DNA of 64,000 nucleotides from Neodothiora populina (taxonomy: Eukaryota): NCBI RefSeq assembly GCF_041146345.1, contig NW_027191405.1, positions 930,001 through 994,000 on the forward strand, in the 5' to 3' direction. The notes under the pieces were generated by a model, which saw only the letters and a program-made list of their open reading frames with translations, was not told the origin of the DNA and searched no databases. Shown in pieces: positions 38,538 through 49,820 of the stretch (position 1 is its first letter; each line of letters opens with the position of its first letter). The position numbers were made by a program, and so were the translations under genes.

Positions 38538-40256
38538 ATGGACAAGAAAATAGTCGGTGTGCTCGGCGGCGGCCAATTGGGTCGCATGTTCGTGGAGGCG
38601 GCAAACCGCCTGAACATCCAAGTGAACATTCTGGATGCCGCAAAGTCACCAGCCAAGCAAATCAGCAGTCACGAAGGGCACATCGAGGGATCGTTCAAGG
38701 ACCCCCAATCAATCAATGCATTAGCAAAGACGTGTGATGTGATAACGGTAGAAATCGAGCATGTCGACACATATGTGCTGGAGAAGATTGCCAAAGAGAA
38801 CTCTAATCTCGCCGTCGAGCCCAGCTGGCAGACCATCCGCATGATCCAGGACAAGTATGCACAAAAGGAACATTTCCAGAAGAACGATGTCGCCACGGCG
38901 ACTTCCATGGCCCTCCAGGATGCAACGACCGAGCAGCTGCAGCTCGTGGCTGACAAGTATGGACTTCCTTACATGTTGAAGTCCAGGACCGAGGCCTACG
39001 ATGGCAAAGGAAACTACGTCGTCAAGTCCGCGGATGACTTTGCTGGAGCCCTGGATGCGCTCGGAAGCCGCCCCTTGTATGCAGAGAAGTGGGCGAACTT
39101 CAAGTCGGAACTAGCAGTCATGGTAGTCAAGACCAAAGACGGCGTCCTCGCCTACCCAGCCGTCGAGACTGTGCATGAAGACAGCATCTGCAAACTCGTG
39201 TACGCACCTGCGCGCAGTGTGTCCCAGAAGATCCTCACTGCGGCCGAGGATCTCGCTAAGAAGGCAGTCGCTTGTTTCTCAGGCAAGGGCGTCTTTGGAG
39301 TCGAGATGTTTCTGCTAGAAGACGACAGTCTGCTCATCAACGAAATCGCTCCCCGTCCCCACAACTCGGGCCACTACACCATCGAAGCATGCCCCATCTC
39401 CCAGTACGACGCCCACCTGCGCGCCATTCTTGATCTGCCAATCTCCCAAGCCGGACTACGGATCAAGGAGCCCGCGATCATGCTCAACATCCTGGGTGCA
39501 GCAGATCCCGAGTCAGCAGTGCAAATCGCTGAGCGCTCAATGAAAGCCGTGCCAGAGACATCCATCCATCTCTACGGAAAAGGCGCCGCCCGCAACGGTC
39601 GTAAAATGGGCCACATGACGGTGACGGCACCGACGATGCGCGAGGCAGAACAACTCATGCAGCCGCTGATCGACATCACAGACGAAGTGCGCGGCAAGAA
39701 AAGCCCGCCGGTGTCTCTGTCCTCATCAAGCGGCGCCCTCGTAGCCGTCATCATGGGCTCCTACTCGGACATGAATGTCCTCGACGCCGGCGTCAAAGTA
39801 CTCAAGCAATTCGGTATCCCCGTCGAGCAGCACATCACCTCCGCGCACCGCACGCCCGACTGGATGAACGAATTCGTGCATTCGGCCGCAGGCAAGGGGA
39901 TTGAAGTGATCATTGCCGCCGCAGGGGGCGCCGCTCACTTGCCCGGCATGGCGGCGTCGCACACGACTCTGCCCGTCATTGGCGTGCCGGTGAAGCCCAG
40001 CATCGGCGACGGCCTGGACAGCGTTTATTCCATTCTCAATATGCCGAGGGGCGTGCCTGTCGCTACCGTGGGCGTCAACAACAGCACGAACGCGGCGTTG
40101 CTCGCTGCGAGGATCTTGGGCGTCAAGCACAAGGCTGTCGAGAGTAAGTATGAGGCGTATGTGGAGAATGCGAAGGGGGAGGTCATGGAGCGCGAGAAGG
40201 CGCTTAGCGAGGATGGGTGGGAGGCTTGCATGGCTGCTTGGCATGGGAAGAAATAG
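38538..40256 (+). CDS. ADE2: Phosphoribosylaminoimidazole carboxylase (PurK-PurE fusion); intronless
   Basis: 'VGVLGGGQLGRM', 'AYDGKGN', 'NEIAPRPHNSGH', 'SAHRTP' and 'AGGAAHLPGM'. Confidence 0.97.
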   Translation: MDKKIVGVLGGGQLGRMFVEAANRLNIQVNILDAAKSPAKQISSHEGHIEGSFKDPQSINALAKTCDVITVEIEHVDTYVLEKIAKENSNLAVEPSWQTIRMIQDKYAQKEHFQKNDVATATSMALQDATTEQLQLVADKYGLPYMLKSRTEAYDGKGNYVVKSADDFAGALDALGSRPLYAEKWANFKSELAVMVVKTKDGVLAYPAVETVHEDSICKLVYAPARSVSQKILTAAEDLAKKAVACFSGKGVFGVEMFLLEDDSLLINEIAPRPHNSGHYTIEACPISQYDAHLRAILDLPISQAGLRIKEPAIMLNILGAADPESAVQIAERSMKAVPETSIHLYGKGAARNGRKMGHMTVTAPTMREAEQLMQPLIDITDEVRGKKSPPVSLSSSSGALVAVIMGSYSDMNVLDAGVKVLKQFGIPVEQHITSAHRTPDWMNEFVHSAAGKGIEVIIAAAGGAAHLPGMAASHTTLPVIGVPVKPSIGDGLDSVYSILNMPRGVPVATVGVNNSTNAALLAARILGVKHKAVESKYEAYVENAKGEVMEREKALSEDGWEACMAAWHGKK

Positions 40257-40376
40257 AGCAGTGGACTCGGGGGCACTTTTTGCATTTTCATAGTATATAT
40301 GTAGAGAGTCAAAGTCACAAACGACGAACGAATCTGTATACGGCATGGACGGTCAGTTATGCTTGTGATGTGCACG

Positions 40377-41894
40377 TCATTTGTCCTCTAATTCCTCTTC
40401 CCGCGGCGTATTTGCATTCTGATTCGCTTGCTGGGGGTCGGAGCCAGAAGCAGCAGCAGCAGGCAAGTCAGGTCGAGTCGAAGGCCCGGACCCCTCATCC
40501 AACCCTCCTGGAGCCAGCATCATCTCAGAATCCAGTCTGATCTGCCTCGGTCTACCAGTCGGTCTTTGGGCCCCCGTCCCCGTCGCAGTCGTCGCAGTGG
40601 CAGTAGGAACTCTCTCATGTCTCCTCGCCTCGGGAAGACCAAGGCTCTGTCTCAGCTTCTTCCCGCTGGGGGCTCCGCCGCGTGGTCCGCCTCGGGCTTG
40701 TCTCTTGCGGGGGGGTTGAGGGGTCTCTGTTTCTGCTGGTTCCGGTTCTGCTTCGATGTCTGTTTCATTTGTGGGTGTGGGTTTTTCGCTCGGTAGGGGC
40801 ATGGCATGGCCGGCTCTTTCGTCTTCTTCTTCTTCTTCTTTGTTTCTTCGCGAGTCGTGATGAGGCGTGTCATCCGTAGCAGCAGATACCGCCAGCGGCA
40901 GCGGCGGTGCCGAAGAAGCCTGCCGCTGGTTCTGCTGGTTCTGCTGGCTCTGCTGGCTCTGCTTCCCACGACTCCCCATAATCCTCAACTCAGCCTCAAG
41001 ACGATCCTTGCCACTCAGCGCCGTCTCGCGCGCGATCCACGCATCCCTCTCCTCCTCCCAGCCCTCCGGATGTTTATAGAGCTTGATATTCGTCACGGGC
41101 ACGACGTCTTGATCGCCTCGTTGCGCTTTTATAGCGGACAGGCGTTGCAGGAAGTGGGCTTGGTGAACGCGCGTGGCGCTCGCGGTGGACGGCAGGTTGA
41201 TGGTGAAGCCCGCGTTGTGCGTTTGGTGGACTATGTCGCCTTCGGCTGTCGAGAAGGTCGTGGGGCTTTGGGTGTTGTCGCCGAGGGAGTGTTGTTCAGT
41301 GCCTGGCTGGGACTTGGATGTGCTTGTTTTGGCTGTTGTCGTCGACGTGCTTGTGCGCGGTTTGATTGTTGCTGGGGTGGCTATGAGACGCGCGCATCCT
41401 GTGCCTAAGATGGAGAAGGAGGGGGTGCTGCGAAGGGGAGGGTGGTCGGGGTCGTCGTGTCTGTCTGCGGCTGGAGGGGTCAGGTAGAGCGACGTGGCTA
41501 CGTCCGTGGCCCACTGACACGAATACAACGTGTTGTTGTAGGAAAGAAGCGGATCGCAGGTGTCGAGGTCGATCAGTTGCAGGCGATCCGCAGACAGCAG
41601 CGTAGGGGGAGGTGTGGCAGTTGTTGTTGCTGTTATGGCAGTCTCATCTTCCACTGAAGCTGCAGACTGCTGCACCAGCGCCGGCGCACGAGGGTTGCCC
41701 GGAGCATTTGCGAGACTCTTGTTCGATCCTCGCGATGTCTTGTTCGCTCTTGATCGCTTCTCGTATGTCGCAAATGTCGGCGGCACGTGGGTTGTCAGGT
41801 CCAACGTGATGTAGAAGTCCTCGGTCTCGTTCTCGTCGTGTTCGTACTCCCATTCCTGGTCGTCGTCGACGATTCCAGCGGCTAGCACAGACAT
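40377..41894 (-). CDS. TFIIIC triple-barrel (subunit 6-like) domain protein with long disordered C-terminus
   Basis: 'EWEYEHDENETEDFYITLDL' and 'LQLIDLDTCDPLLSYNNTLYSCQW' resemble the TFIIIC_sub6 domain; 505-aa ORF. Confidence 0.7.
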   Translation of the reverse strand: MSVLAAGIVDDDQEWEYEHDENETEDFYITLDLTTHVPPTFATYEKRSRANKTSRGSNKSLANAPGNPRAPALVQQSAASVEDETAITATTTATPPPTLLSADRLQLIDLDTCDPLLSYNNTLYSCQWATDVATSLYLTPPAADRHDDPDHPPLRSTPSFSILGTGCARLIATPATIKPRTSTSTTTAKTSTSKSQPGTEQHSLGDNTQSPTTFSTAEGDIVHQTHNAGFTINLPSTASATRVHQAHFLQRLSAIKAQRGDQDVVPVTNIKLYKHPEGWEEERDAWIARETALSGKDRLEAELRIMGSRGKQSQQSQQNQQNQRQASSAPPLPLAVSAATDDTPHHDSRRNKEEEEEDERAGHAMPLPSEKPTPTNETDIEAEPEPAETETPQPPRKRQARGGPRGGAPSGKKLRQSLGLPEARRHERVPTATATTATGTGAQRPTGRPRQIRLDSEMMLAPGGLDEGSGPSTRPDLPAAAASGSDPQQANQNANTPREEELEDK

Positions 41895-43746
41895 GGTATG
41901 GTCTACAAGGGTTTGTACGTGTGATGTTTCCTTTTTCTTTTTCGACCAGAAAGCAGAATCGCATTACTCTGCGGCTGTTCGCCAACTTACATGTTATTTG
42001 GAGGTAAAGATAACGATTTACAGATCAATGCAGAGAAAGAGAGACATTTTTTTCGTTACTGTGAGCATCACATCAATTCTTCTTGACGTGAATTGATGTT
42101 TCACGATTATCTATCGCTTCATGCTGTACTGGTGGAAACAAAACCATGGGATTCTTCAATGATCTTGGATAGCCCGGTTACACAAGTCAAGTGATGTGAC
42201 TGACGTGCTGTACTTGTACGCCTCGGACCGGAGGTTTCACATACACTCACGCACTGTACAAGTACAATACAAGTACGATGCCGATTGCATCTAGAAGGAT
42301 TCCAATATAGGGCTGTCTGCCGCCCACCACTGTGCATCTACCACGTCTATACCACCAAGAAATGTCCTACGACCCACAGTACAAGTCTCTGCCGTGGCGC
42401 CCTCGCTAGCACCCTTCCGACCATAGCAGGCCTTAGCGCATAAAACTCAGAGGCAACACAGCAAGAAAAGGCCTGATATCCGGACAAGCACAAGCACATC
42501 CGTAATCCGGGGACGGAAGATCTAGAGTTCCTGCACTGATCAATCGCACAAGAGATCGTCTCACGCCCGCTCTTCCCGGCCCGCAAGAGGCGCTGTCCCT
42601 TCTCTTCCGCCGCTTCTGATTCACTTCTGAACCCTTCCCGGGTCTGCCGTCCACCTTTCCTACCCGGGTATGGCTACCACACCATTCCACCTCTCCATCT
42701 GTTCCCTCTGACGTAGCCTTGTCGACTATGTTGCTGCTGTCATGTTCCACTTCCCATGAGCTTTGTCAGACGGCAGTTTGGGGGGCCCGTCCGCCTACTG
42801 TCTGTAGCACTGGATCCGTGTCGTAGTGTCGCTGCTTCACACCGCGCTTTACCTCTATCGCTCGCTCGTCGCCTCATCAGTGCATGTCGTGATCTGAGCT
42901 GTCTGTCTTTTGCTTCCTGTCTTCCAGAAACAGAGCTTCCCCTCCCCATCTCGCATTCGCAGAACAGAGCTGGTCCTTTGTTTACGCCTCAAATCGTAAT
43001 ATCCTCCACCATCTGGAGGCTTAGACTTGACTTGTCCCACCTGTTCCTTGGTCTCCGCCTCGCTGGACGAGAAGTCTATCAAGCAGTAAGCCCGAGTTTC
43101 CTATACCCAGACGACTCGATTCCTTCACACCTCTCTACACACCTCCCGTGCATTGACTGCAAGATAGTCCGATCCGGGCTCCATGTTACCTTGTCATCAA
43201 TGCCTATCGTTCCATGTACCTCTTGATTTTTTCTTTTATCCGCTTGTCTCCGACTTTCGTCCCTTGGTAATCCATCTATCCCCGCCATAAGCCCGAGCGT
43301 TCGCATGTCATCCTCTTCCTTATACACAATGCCGCACACATCCGACCATTAATCAGTCATCATTGCGGTACCTTTTTATGACAGATCTGGGAAAAATCTT
43401 TCGGTTTACATGCCGCATTGACATGTGACCTTCGTATTACCCCCTCCTCTGCTGACTTCTGCCCTACGTGCCAATAGTGGCCCTAGCAGTTCATCATGGT
43501 GCTCTTCCGCAGGCACCGTTCCTTTATCAACCCTCGTGGTCCTCGGCCACATCCCACAATGCATTATCTAAACTCCCCATCGCCTCCTTGCCCGCTACCA
43601 CGTTCGTCACAAGGGCCATCTTCACCGGACTGCCTGCCGTTGCACATACCTCCACTGCCTTGCACCCATCCACCGACCATCAGGCCGCCTTAATATCTAA
43701 CTCTTCTGCCACGACACCCACCGAGGCTGTCTCAGTTCAAACCCAC

Positions 43747-45324
43747 ATGGGGCGAGGTCGAGCACGCAAATGCTCTCTCGGTCTGATATCTGCTGTGCTC
43801 AGCTATCTGACCATCTACACATTATACACTAGCTTCGGCAACGAAACGAGGCTACGAAAGGCCCACGAAGAATTGCAATGGGTCAACACTTCGTCGTCAT
43901 GGATAGATAGACAATCTTGCCGCTGGATCGGCATCTGTGGTGCCTTTCACCTGAGGAGTTCCGGCTGGCGCTGGAAGACGCAGTTGATCAGGGACCAACA
44001 AGAGTCGTCAGCCGAACAGTCCAACATATTGCGAACCCCGCCGGACATCTCGTCCTTTTGGACGAGCGGGGATGAGAAGCCCGAGTCGTGGTCTGCAGAT
44101 GAGCGCGCATTGCGCGACATTCCGTCGTATGTCTACGATTACACGCCATATGTGCACCTATTTTCCGGCGAGGAGTTTTGGCCTGGCGATATTGCCGAAC
44201 ATCTCGTACACACTACACCCTACCTCAACTATACCCCGATCGAAGATCTCAAGGAGAAGAGAAATCTCGAGAACCTAGACGAACTAAATCAATACGGCAA
44301 CGGCCGCCAAACATATTTACAGAGCGACGATAACGTTGAAGAAAGACCTCAATGGCTCGGAGGTAGGGAGAACATCCCTACCATGACGGGCAAAACCTAT
44401 AATTACAGCGGCCCTCTCACCAGTCCTCCTGACTATGAGTTGCCGAACGTATACGATTCTGACTGGTGGGACGTTGGTGAGGGTGACATTATCGAGCACG
44501 GAGGGCTGCGCCCGAATCCAACCCACGCTCCGGGCGTCGTGCCGAGGAGTGTCAAAGAGGAATTGAAGAAGATTGTGCATCCGACGTACAAGATCAAGTC
44601 AAACCACACCGGCGGACACAGCTCTGCTCCGGCTGTACTAGTAGTTGTACCAAAGGCTAACGGCGTGGTCGATGCTTTTTGGTTTTATTTCTACAGTTAC
44701 AACCTGGGAAACGTGGTTCTCAACACAAGGTTCGGAAACCACATTGGCGACTGGGAGCATTCAGTCGTGCGATTCCAGCACGGCAAACCCAAGGCTCTCT
44801 TCTTGTCAGAGCATAACTTTGGCGAGGCTTACGCCTACAAGGCAGTAGAGAAGATCGGCAAACGCCCCGTCATCTACAGCGCAGTCGGCACTCACGCCAT
44901 GTATGCCACAGCCGGAGTGCACCCCTATGTGCTGCCCTGGGGTTTACTTCACGATGAAACGGATAAGGGTCCGTTATGGGATCCAATCCAAAACCATCAC
45001 GCCTACGTGTACAACCACACGAGCAACGAGGTCAAGTCCTCAACACGGACACCAAAGGCACCGATCAGCTGGTTCAATTTTGGAGGCCACTGGGGTGACA
45101 AAACCTACCCCCTCAGCGACCCGCGACAGTACCGCTTCGCTGGCCAATACCACTATGTCAGTGGACCATACGGACCCAAGTTCAAGAACCTGGGTCGGCA
45201 GAAGATATGCCAGGGCAACGGAAAGTGCACCATTAAGCACTGGATTGGCAATGAGAAAGTCAAGAGAACGACGGAGCTGGATCATAATGAAGATCTGGCG
45301 GAGATGCATCTGGACGACGCATAG
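43747..45324 (+). CDS. VPS62: Vps62-like protein (true start may be a split ATG at 43085/43478, see findings)
   Basis: 'IPSYVYDYTPYVHL', 'DAFWFYFYSYNLG', 'FGNHIGDWEH', 'YSAVGTHAMYA', 'FGGHWGD' and 'YVSGPYGP'; N-terminal TM segment. Confidence 0.85.
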   Translation: MGRGRARKCSLGLISAVLSYLTIYTLYTSFGNETRLRKAHEELQWVNTSSSWIDRQSCRWIGICGAFHLRSSGWRWKTQLIRDQQESSAEQSNILRTPPDISSFWTSGDEKPESWSADERALRDIPSYVYDYTPYVHLFSGEEFWPGDIAEHLVHTTPYLNYTPIEDLKEKRNLENLDELNQYGNGRQTYLQSDDNVEERPQWLGGRENIPTMTGKTYNYSGPLTSPPDYELPNVYDSDWWDVGEGDIIEHGGLRPNPTHAPGVVPRSVKEELKKIVHPTYKIKSNHTGGHSSAPAVLVVVPKANGVVDAFWFYFYSYNLGNVVLNTRFGNHIGDWEHSVVRFQHGKPKALFLSEHNFGEAYAYKAVEKIGKRPVIYSAVGTHAMYATAGVHPYVLPWGLLHDETDKGPLWDPIQNHHAYVYNHTSNEVKSSTRTPKAPISWFNFGGHWGDKTYPLSDPRQYRFAGQYHYVSGPYGPKFKNLGRQKICQGNGKCTIKHWIGNEKVKRTTELDHNEDLAEMHLDDA

Positions 45325-46837
45325 CATAGATACCCCTTTTACCATAGTTAGTCTGAGCAAATGACTGAATGAATTATTTTTGATGAATATATATTTACAC
45401 TTCTTTGACCAGCATGGTTATCTTTTATTTGGACAGAGCGAAAGACTGGATGAATTGTCTCGATGATTACTTACCTAAGGTACCTACCTGACAACTCTAC
45501 CAGCATTTGACACATTATGACATGTAGTCGCTCTCGCCAAGGAACACCATCAGATTGCTTGTTTCTTCCTTATCCGATGATGAAAAGATCCGAAGATCAA
45601 CGGCCAAGGCATGCGGCTTCTGCGGGCCACGGCGCCTCTTACAATGTGCAAGTACAGGGCAGTACAAGTTGTTGTACCTCTAGTAGAAAAAAAAAGAGGG
45701 TCAGAGCGAGGTAAAAAGCGCAAGGTACGTACTACTGTACCTCTCATCTCAACCATGCACAGATGCTTCATGGAAGGAAAAGAAAGTTTTCCACGATCAT
45801 CGGTGTTACTACGTGGTATTATTATCCGGGACTGAGATAATCGATCGGGAGGCGTCGCCTCGGAGGACGATGGGTGGTGGTGAGGGTATCACTGTAAGAT
45901 ATGGCGCCATCTCTCACCATGACTGTATCTGGTCCCGGTTCCCCGTTGTTTTGCCATGAGGCCGCCTACCTAAGGATTGGTACAGTACTGAATTGGACGT
46001 TATCTGGAAAGCAGCACAGCGATTGTTGAGATGAGCGCTGACGGCTCCAGGATTTAGTGATAACAAGCTGCCAGCAAGAGAGGGCAGGTCACTTGAACTG
46101 ATAAGATGAGGCTGAATCGAGATTAGCGTCTGTGTTTCAGGTTGGGGGGGGGGGTAAAAAAAGGGCGTGGGACGAGCAATGAATGACGATACCGCGAACG
46201 TTTGGAACCATGTTGCGCGTGTGAGTCGATTGTACAGTACAGTACATCACGGTGTCGCATAACCTCCTATAGATACCGTAGCGTACGGGTAATCTGTAGT
46301 ATTGCACAGTACTTCTTGGGAGGTGTTTGTCTCAACGCTAGACCTTTAGGATGATGGATAGTCCATTCCTGCGCGCTTCTTGCTTTTTGTAAAACGGACT
46401 CGTGCTTGTTTCCGTTCCCCCATGTACTGACTGTAGCACCATATCTGTACATCCCTACCTAAGGTACATACCTACAGTATCTACCTTATCCTTCGACTTG
46501 CCCCTTGACTCAGCACATCTTCCTGAATATCGCGCCACTCTCTCACCTGTGCCGGTCTTTCGTATCTATCATTCTCTAGTAATTGCGAGTATATGCCCAC
46601 TCTGCTTGTGGCACATCGCAAGACTACTCGGCCATCATACCTTAGCCACTCGGGTGGTGACGGGCGTTGAGCTGAGCACGCTATCCCAAGGCAACTCGAT
46701 AAACCCGACATCCTGAACTCACCTTCCAACATCCTCTTCGCCGTGTTCGAGGACCATTCCTGATATTATCGTTTCATAAGCCTTTGGAGTAAAGTGTCCT
46801 GGCAAAGGGGGAGTCGTCAGTAGGAATCTCGGGAGTG

Positions 46838-47159
46838 ATGGCTTTCCGACAGCAGCAGCAACGGCCCCAAGCACTGCGCCTTCCTTCGCTGTCGCAACCT
46901 GTAGCTGTTGCTTCTCCCGCATCTGTCGCCGACTCGGTCAAGCAAGCAGCAACACACAAGAGACGTCAGGAAGCAGAATCGCAAGAATGGATCCTCTTCT
47001 CGCCCGTCGTCGACGACCAGCAATCCGTGGCCTCACAGACGTCTGAAACACCCCGCACTGCCAATCTATCTCGATTCTCCGATATCGATTCTCTTCGTAC
47101 TGGAATACGTTCCGATCAGATTGTCGTGGATGAAGACCTGACATGCCAGGGCACCGAGG

Positions 47160-47200
<41 letters not shown>

Positions 47201-48736
47201 GAAGATCTAGATAGCCTCGACGATGGTCTACATGCTTTCCAACCTCCGTTGTCCCAACAATTGGGTCAAAGTGGCAACACCGTACTACCCATGCACGATG
47301 GTATGGGCACATTCCCAGCTAGCTATGCCTGCGCTCCCGAGGAAGGCATGCAGGAGCATCTCTGGCAGTTCGAACGTTTCAACCCTCACAGACGGAGAAC
47401 CACGCGGAGGCGCAGTAGCGTGCAGCGACGCCTGGATTCCTTGAATGACGAGGATGATGCTAGTGCTCTCGACAAGCATGAAGAACGAAGACTGCGGATC
47501 GAACAGTGGAGGTTGGAGCAGAGTCGCGCTGTCCTTGAGGAGATCGAACGTGAAACACGGAGGCGGACCCGGAGGATGAGTTATGCTAGTGCACAAAGCG
47601 TTGCCGTCGCACCTTCAACAGTCGCCTCACAGCCCATTTCTACAACGACGGCGTCTGTTGCGACAGAGGACGCCTCTGAGAACGAGGATCCCGAGACCGA
47701 GACTTTCTGGCAGCGTATCACTCGTAAAGTCATCAGAGACCTGATGGGCTTGGACGAAACCACCCTTTCTGTCATCTTCGGCGAAGATTTGCTTCCAGAG
47801 ACGTTGTCGGATACCCCGACTCAGTCTTCACCGCTGAACCCTGCCTCGACGTCACTACCTACCACCACTCCTTTCTCCGAGTATTCTTGGGAACAGAGAC
47901 TCCTTGATCGCATTGCTCGCGAACTAGGTATCCTTGCCGATCGTCTTGCCACACATGACGGAGCTTTTAGCACGTATCAACACCGTGCCCCATCAACGCA
48001 CTCGAGGCAAGCTCCGCAAGATACAGCTTCACTTACCCAAGACGGCTCACTTGCCAGACCGTTGTCACGAGACGACAAGGTCTCCGCGAACGAAGCCCTC
48101 TTCCCTCCCACCTTCCCTCAGACCAACACTACTGTTGACACGTCCCTCTGGGGCATCGAGGAAGAGCCAGGCCCTACGCAGAGCGCCAAACTGGCTTCCA
48201 CAAAAGCCACCGACGACTACTGGGAACGCGATCTCGACGTCGGCGTCATCTTCCGCTACCTTCGCAACCGCTTCTCTTCGTCTCTGTCCTCGTCGCCACC
48301 ACAGGCAGAGCAAGCAACACAAGCCAAAGACGCAGGCCCCCTGCCTCCAGCATGGTCATCCCAGTCCGCAGGCGCATCAGCACTAGGCACGAGTCCCGAG
48401 TCCCTCCGTCGAGCAGACATGATCCGTCAGAACCACCCATTGGTCTCCCACGCAGCATCTGTCTCAGCAAGTCGACGACGCGAGAGCATGCTGTTACGTC
48501 GCCAACACGCCTTTATGATGCACAGACGTTCGTCGCAAGCGTGCGGCTCCAGCTGCGCCAGTCAGAGCACCAAACGTACTCGTTCCGGCGGCTCGAGACG
48601 CTACTGGGATTTCTCCGGCGGCGCTGGAAGTGCGGCAGGCAGGGCAGCTGGTGGTGCCGGTGGTGCCGGCGGCAGCGCGGTCAGTGTCACGAGTGGAGGG
48701 TACGAGGGCATGATGGGGAGCTGGGGCGAGGTGTGA
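46838..48736 (+). CDS. Hypothetical, largely disordered fungal protein (632 aa)
   Basis: Long intronless ORF with conserved-looking islands (QEWILFSP, LPMHDGMGTF, RIEQWRLEQS, FWQRITRKVIRDLMGLD, WEQRLLDRIARELG, YWERDLDV); function not recognised. Confidence 0.8.
47162..47197 (+). repeat. (GAC)12 coding microsatellite (poly-Asp)
   Basis: Direct read. Confidence 0.92.
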
Positions 48737-49757
48737 GTCTCGTGCCAGCGAGAGAGAGATCCTAACATGACGCGATTGATGGGTTTAATGGAACATCACA
48801 CGACGATTTTCGATGCGACTCTTTCTGGAGGGAAGGATATTAGATGGCGAGAAACGGGGACGAGAGTTTGTTCTTTTTCTTCTATACATACATTTGTTAT
48901 ACCACGCACATGCGAGCGCCGGCGTTCCTGCTTTGGGATCTGTTTTCTCCCCGTCGAATATACCGCATATCAGCATTTGTCGAATATACCAACCACACTC
49001 TTCTGCTTTTCTGTCCTCTTTCTTCTTCTTCTTCTTGTAGATTCATCTTTGATACGGTGTATACGCCGGGCATTGCATATCAGATATTGTATTTCATATG
49101 AGATGTTGCGATATTGGTTCGCTTTATGTGGTGGATAGGTGGCTAGGAGAAAAAGGGGCGCGACCCTGTCCATTCACCATCCCAAATCCAATCATTCACA
49201 CAGTACATGCTGCCATCCGGCCGCCTATCCGGCTTTTAGTCTGCTGATCACTCTAGCGACATGAGTCTGTGTTTGAGCCAGTGGGCTTGCTGTGTACACA
49301 CTTGTAGGACCCTCTTCCGTTGTAGGACTCGAGAGAGAAGAAGGAGATATGGGGTTGGATTCACGTGTGTACGAGTATAGTCGATTCTGTGTTTCCACCT
49401 CTCCGCACTCTTCGTCTTCCGCGATCACCAGTCTTTACTGTCCATCAAGCTCTCACGAAGAAGGTTTCATCTCATTCCGGAGTCGTGGGCATCTATATGT
49501 TCTTTCTGTATGTAGGTGAATAATGAACTACGTGAGTATTGAACCTTTCTTTGCCCCGTCTCTCTCTGCGTTTGCGTTGTTCATTGCTTTGCCGTTCGAA
49601 CAGGAGTAGACGAAAAGGAGAAGAAGAAAAAGCACGGAAATGCAAATGATAAGACACACAACAACGCCTGACGCCCTCTCCCCCGCGCCCACTCCGATGG
49701 TTGAGACTCGTGTTCGTTCTCCCCCATTTTGTGTCCCCTTCCCTAGATCCCGCAATT

Positions 49758-49781
49758 GACCCCGACCCCGACCCCGACCCC
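49758..49781 (-). repeat. (GGGGTC)4 hexamer repeat in TAF12 3'UTR
   Basis: GACCCC x4 on + strand. Confidence 0.9.
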
Positions 49782-49820
49782 TGCTTTCTTGATCTCCCTA
49801 GAAAAGAAAAAAGGTGCGTC

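Noticed and set aside
42756..43226. 156-aa ORF upstream of VPS62 and a hairpin at ~42767-42804
   Set aside because: No protein-like features; better explained as 5'UTR or intron sequence; the hairpin is a single imperfect 10-bp stem
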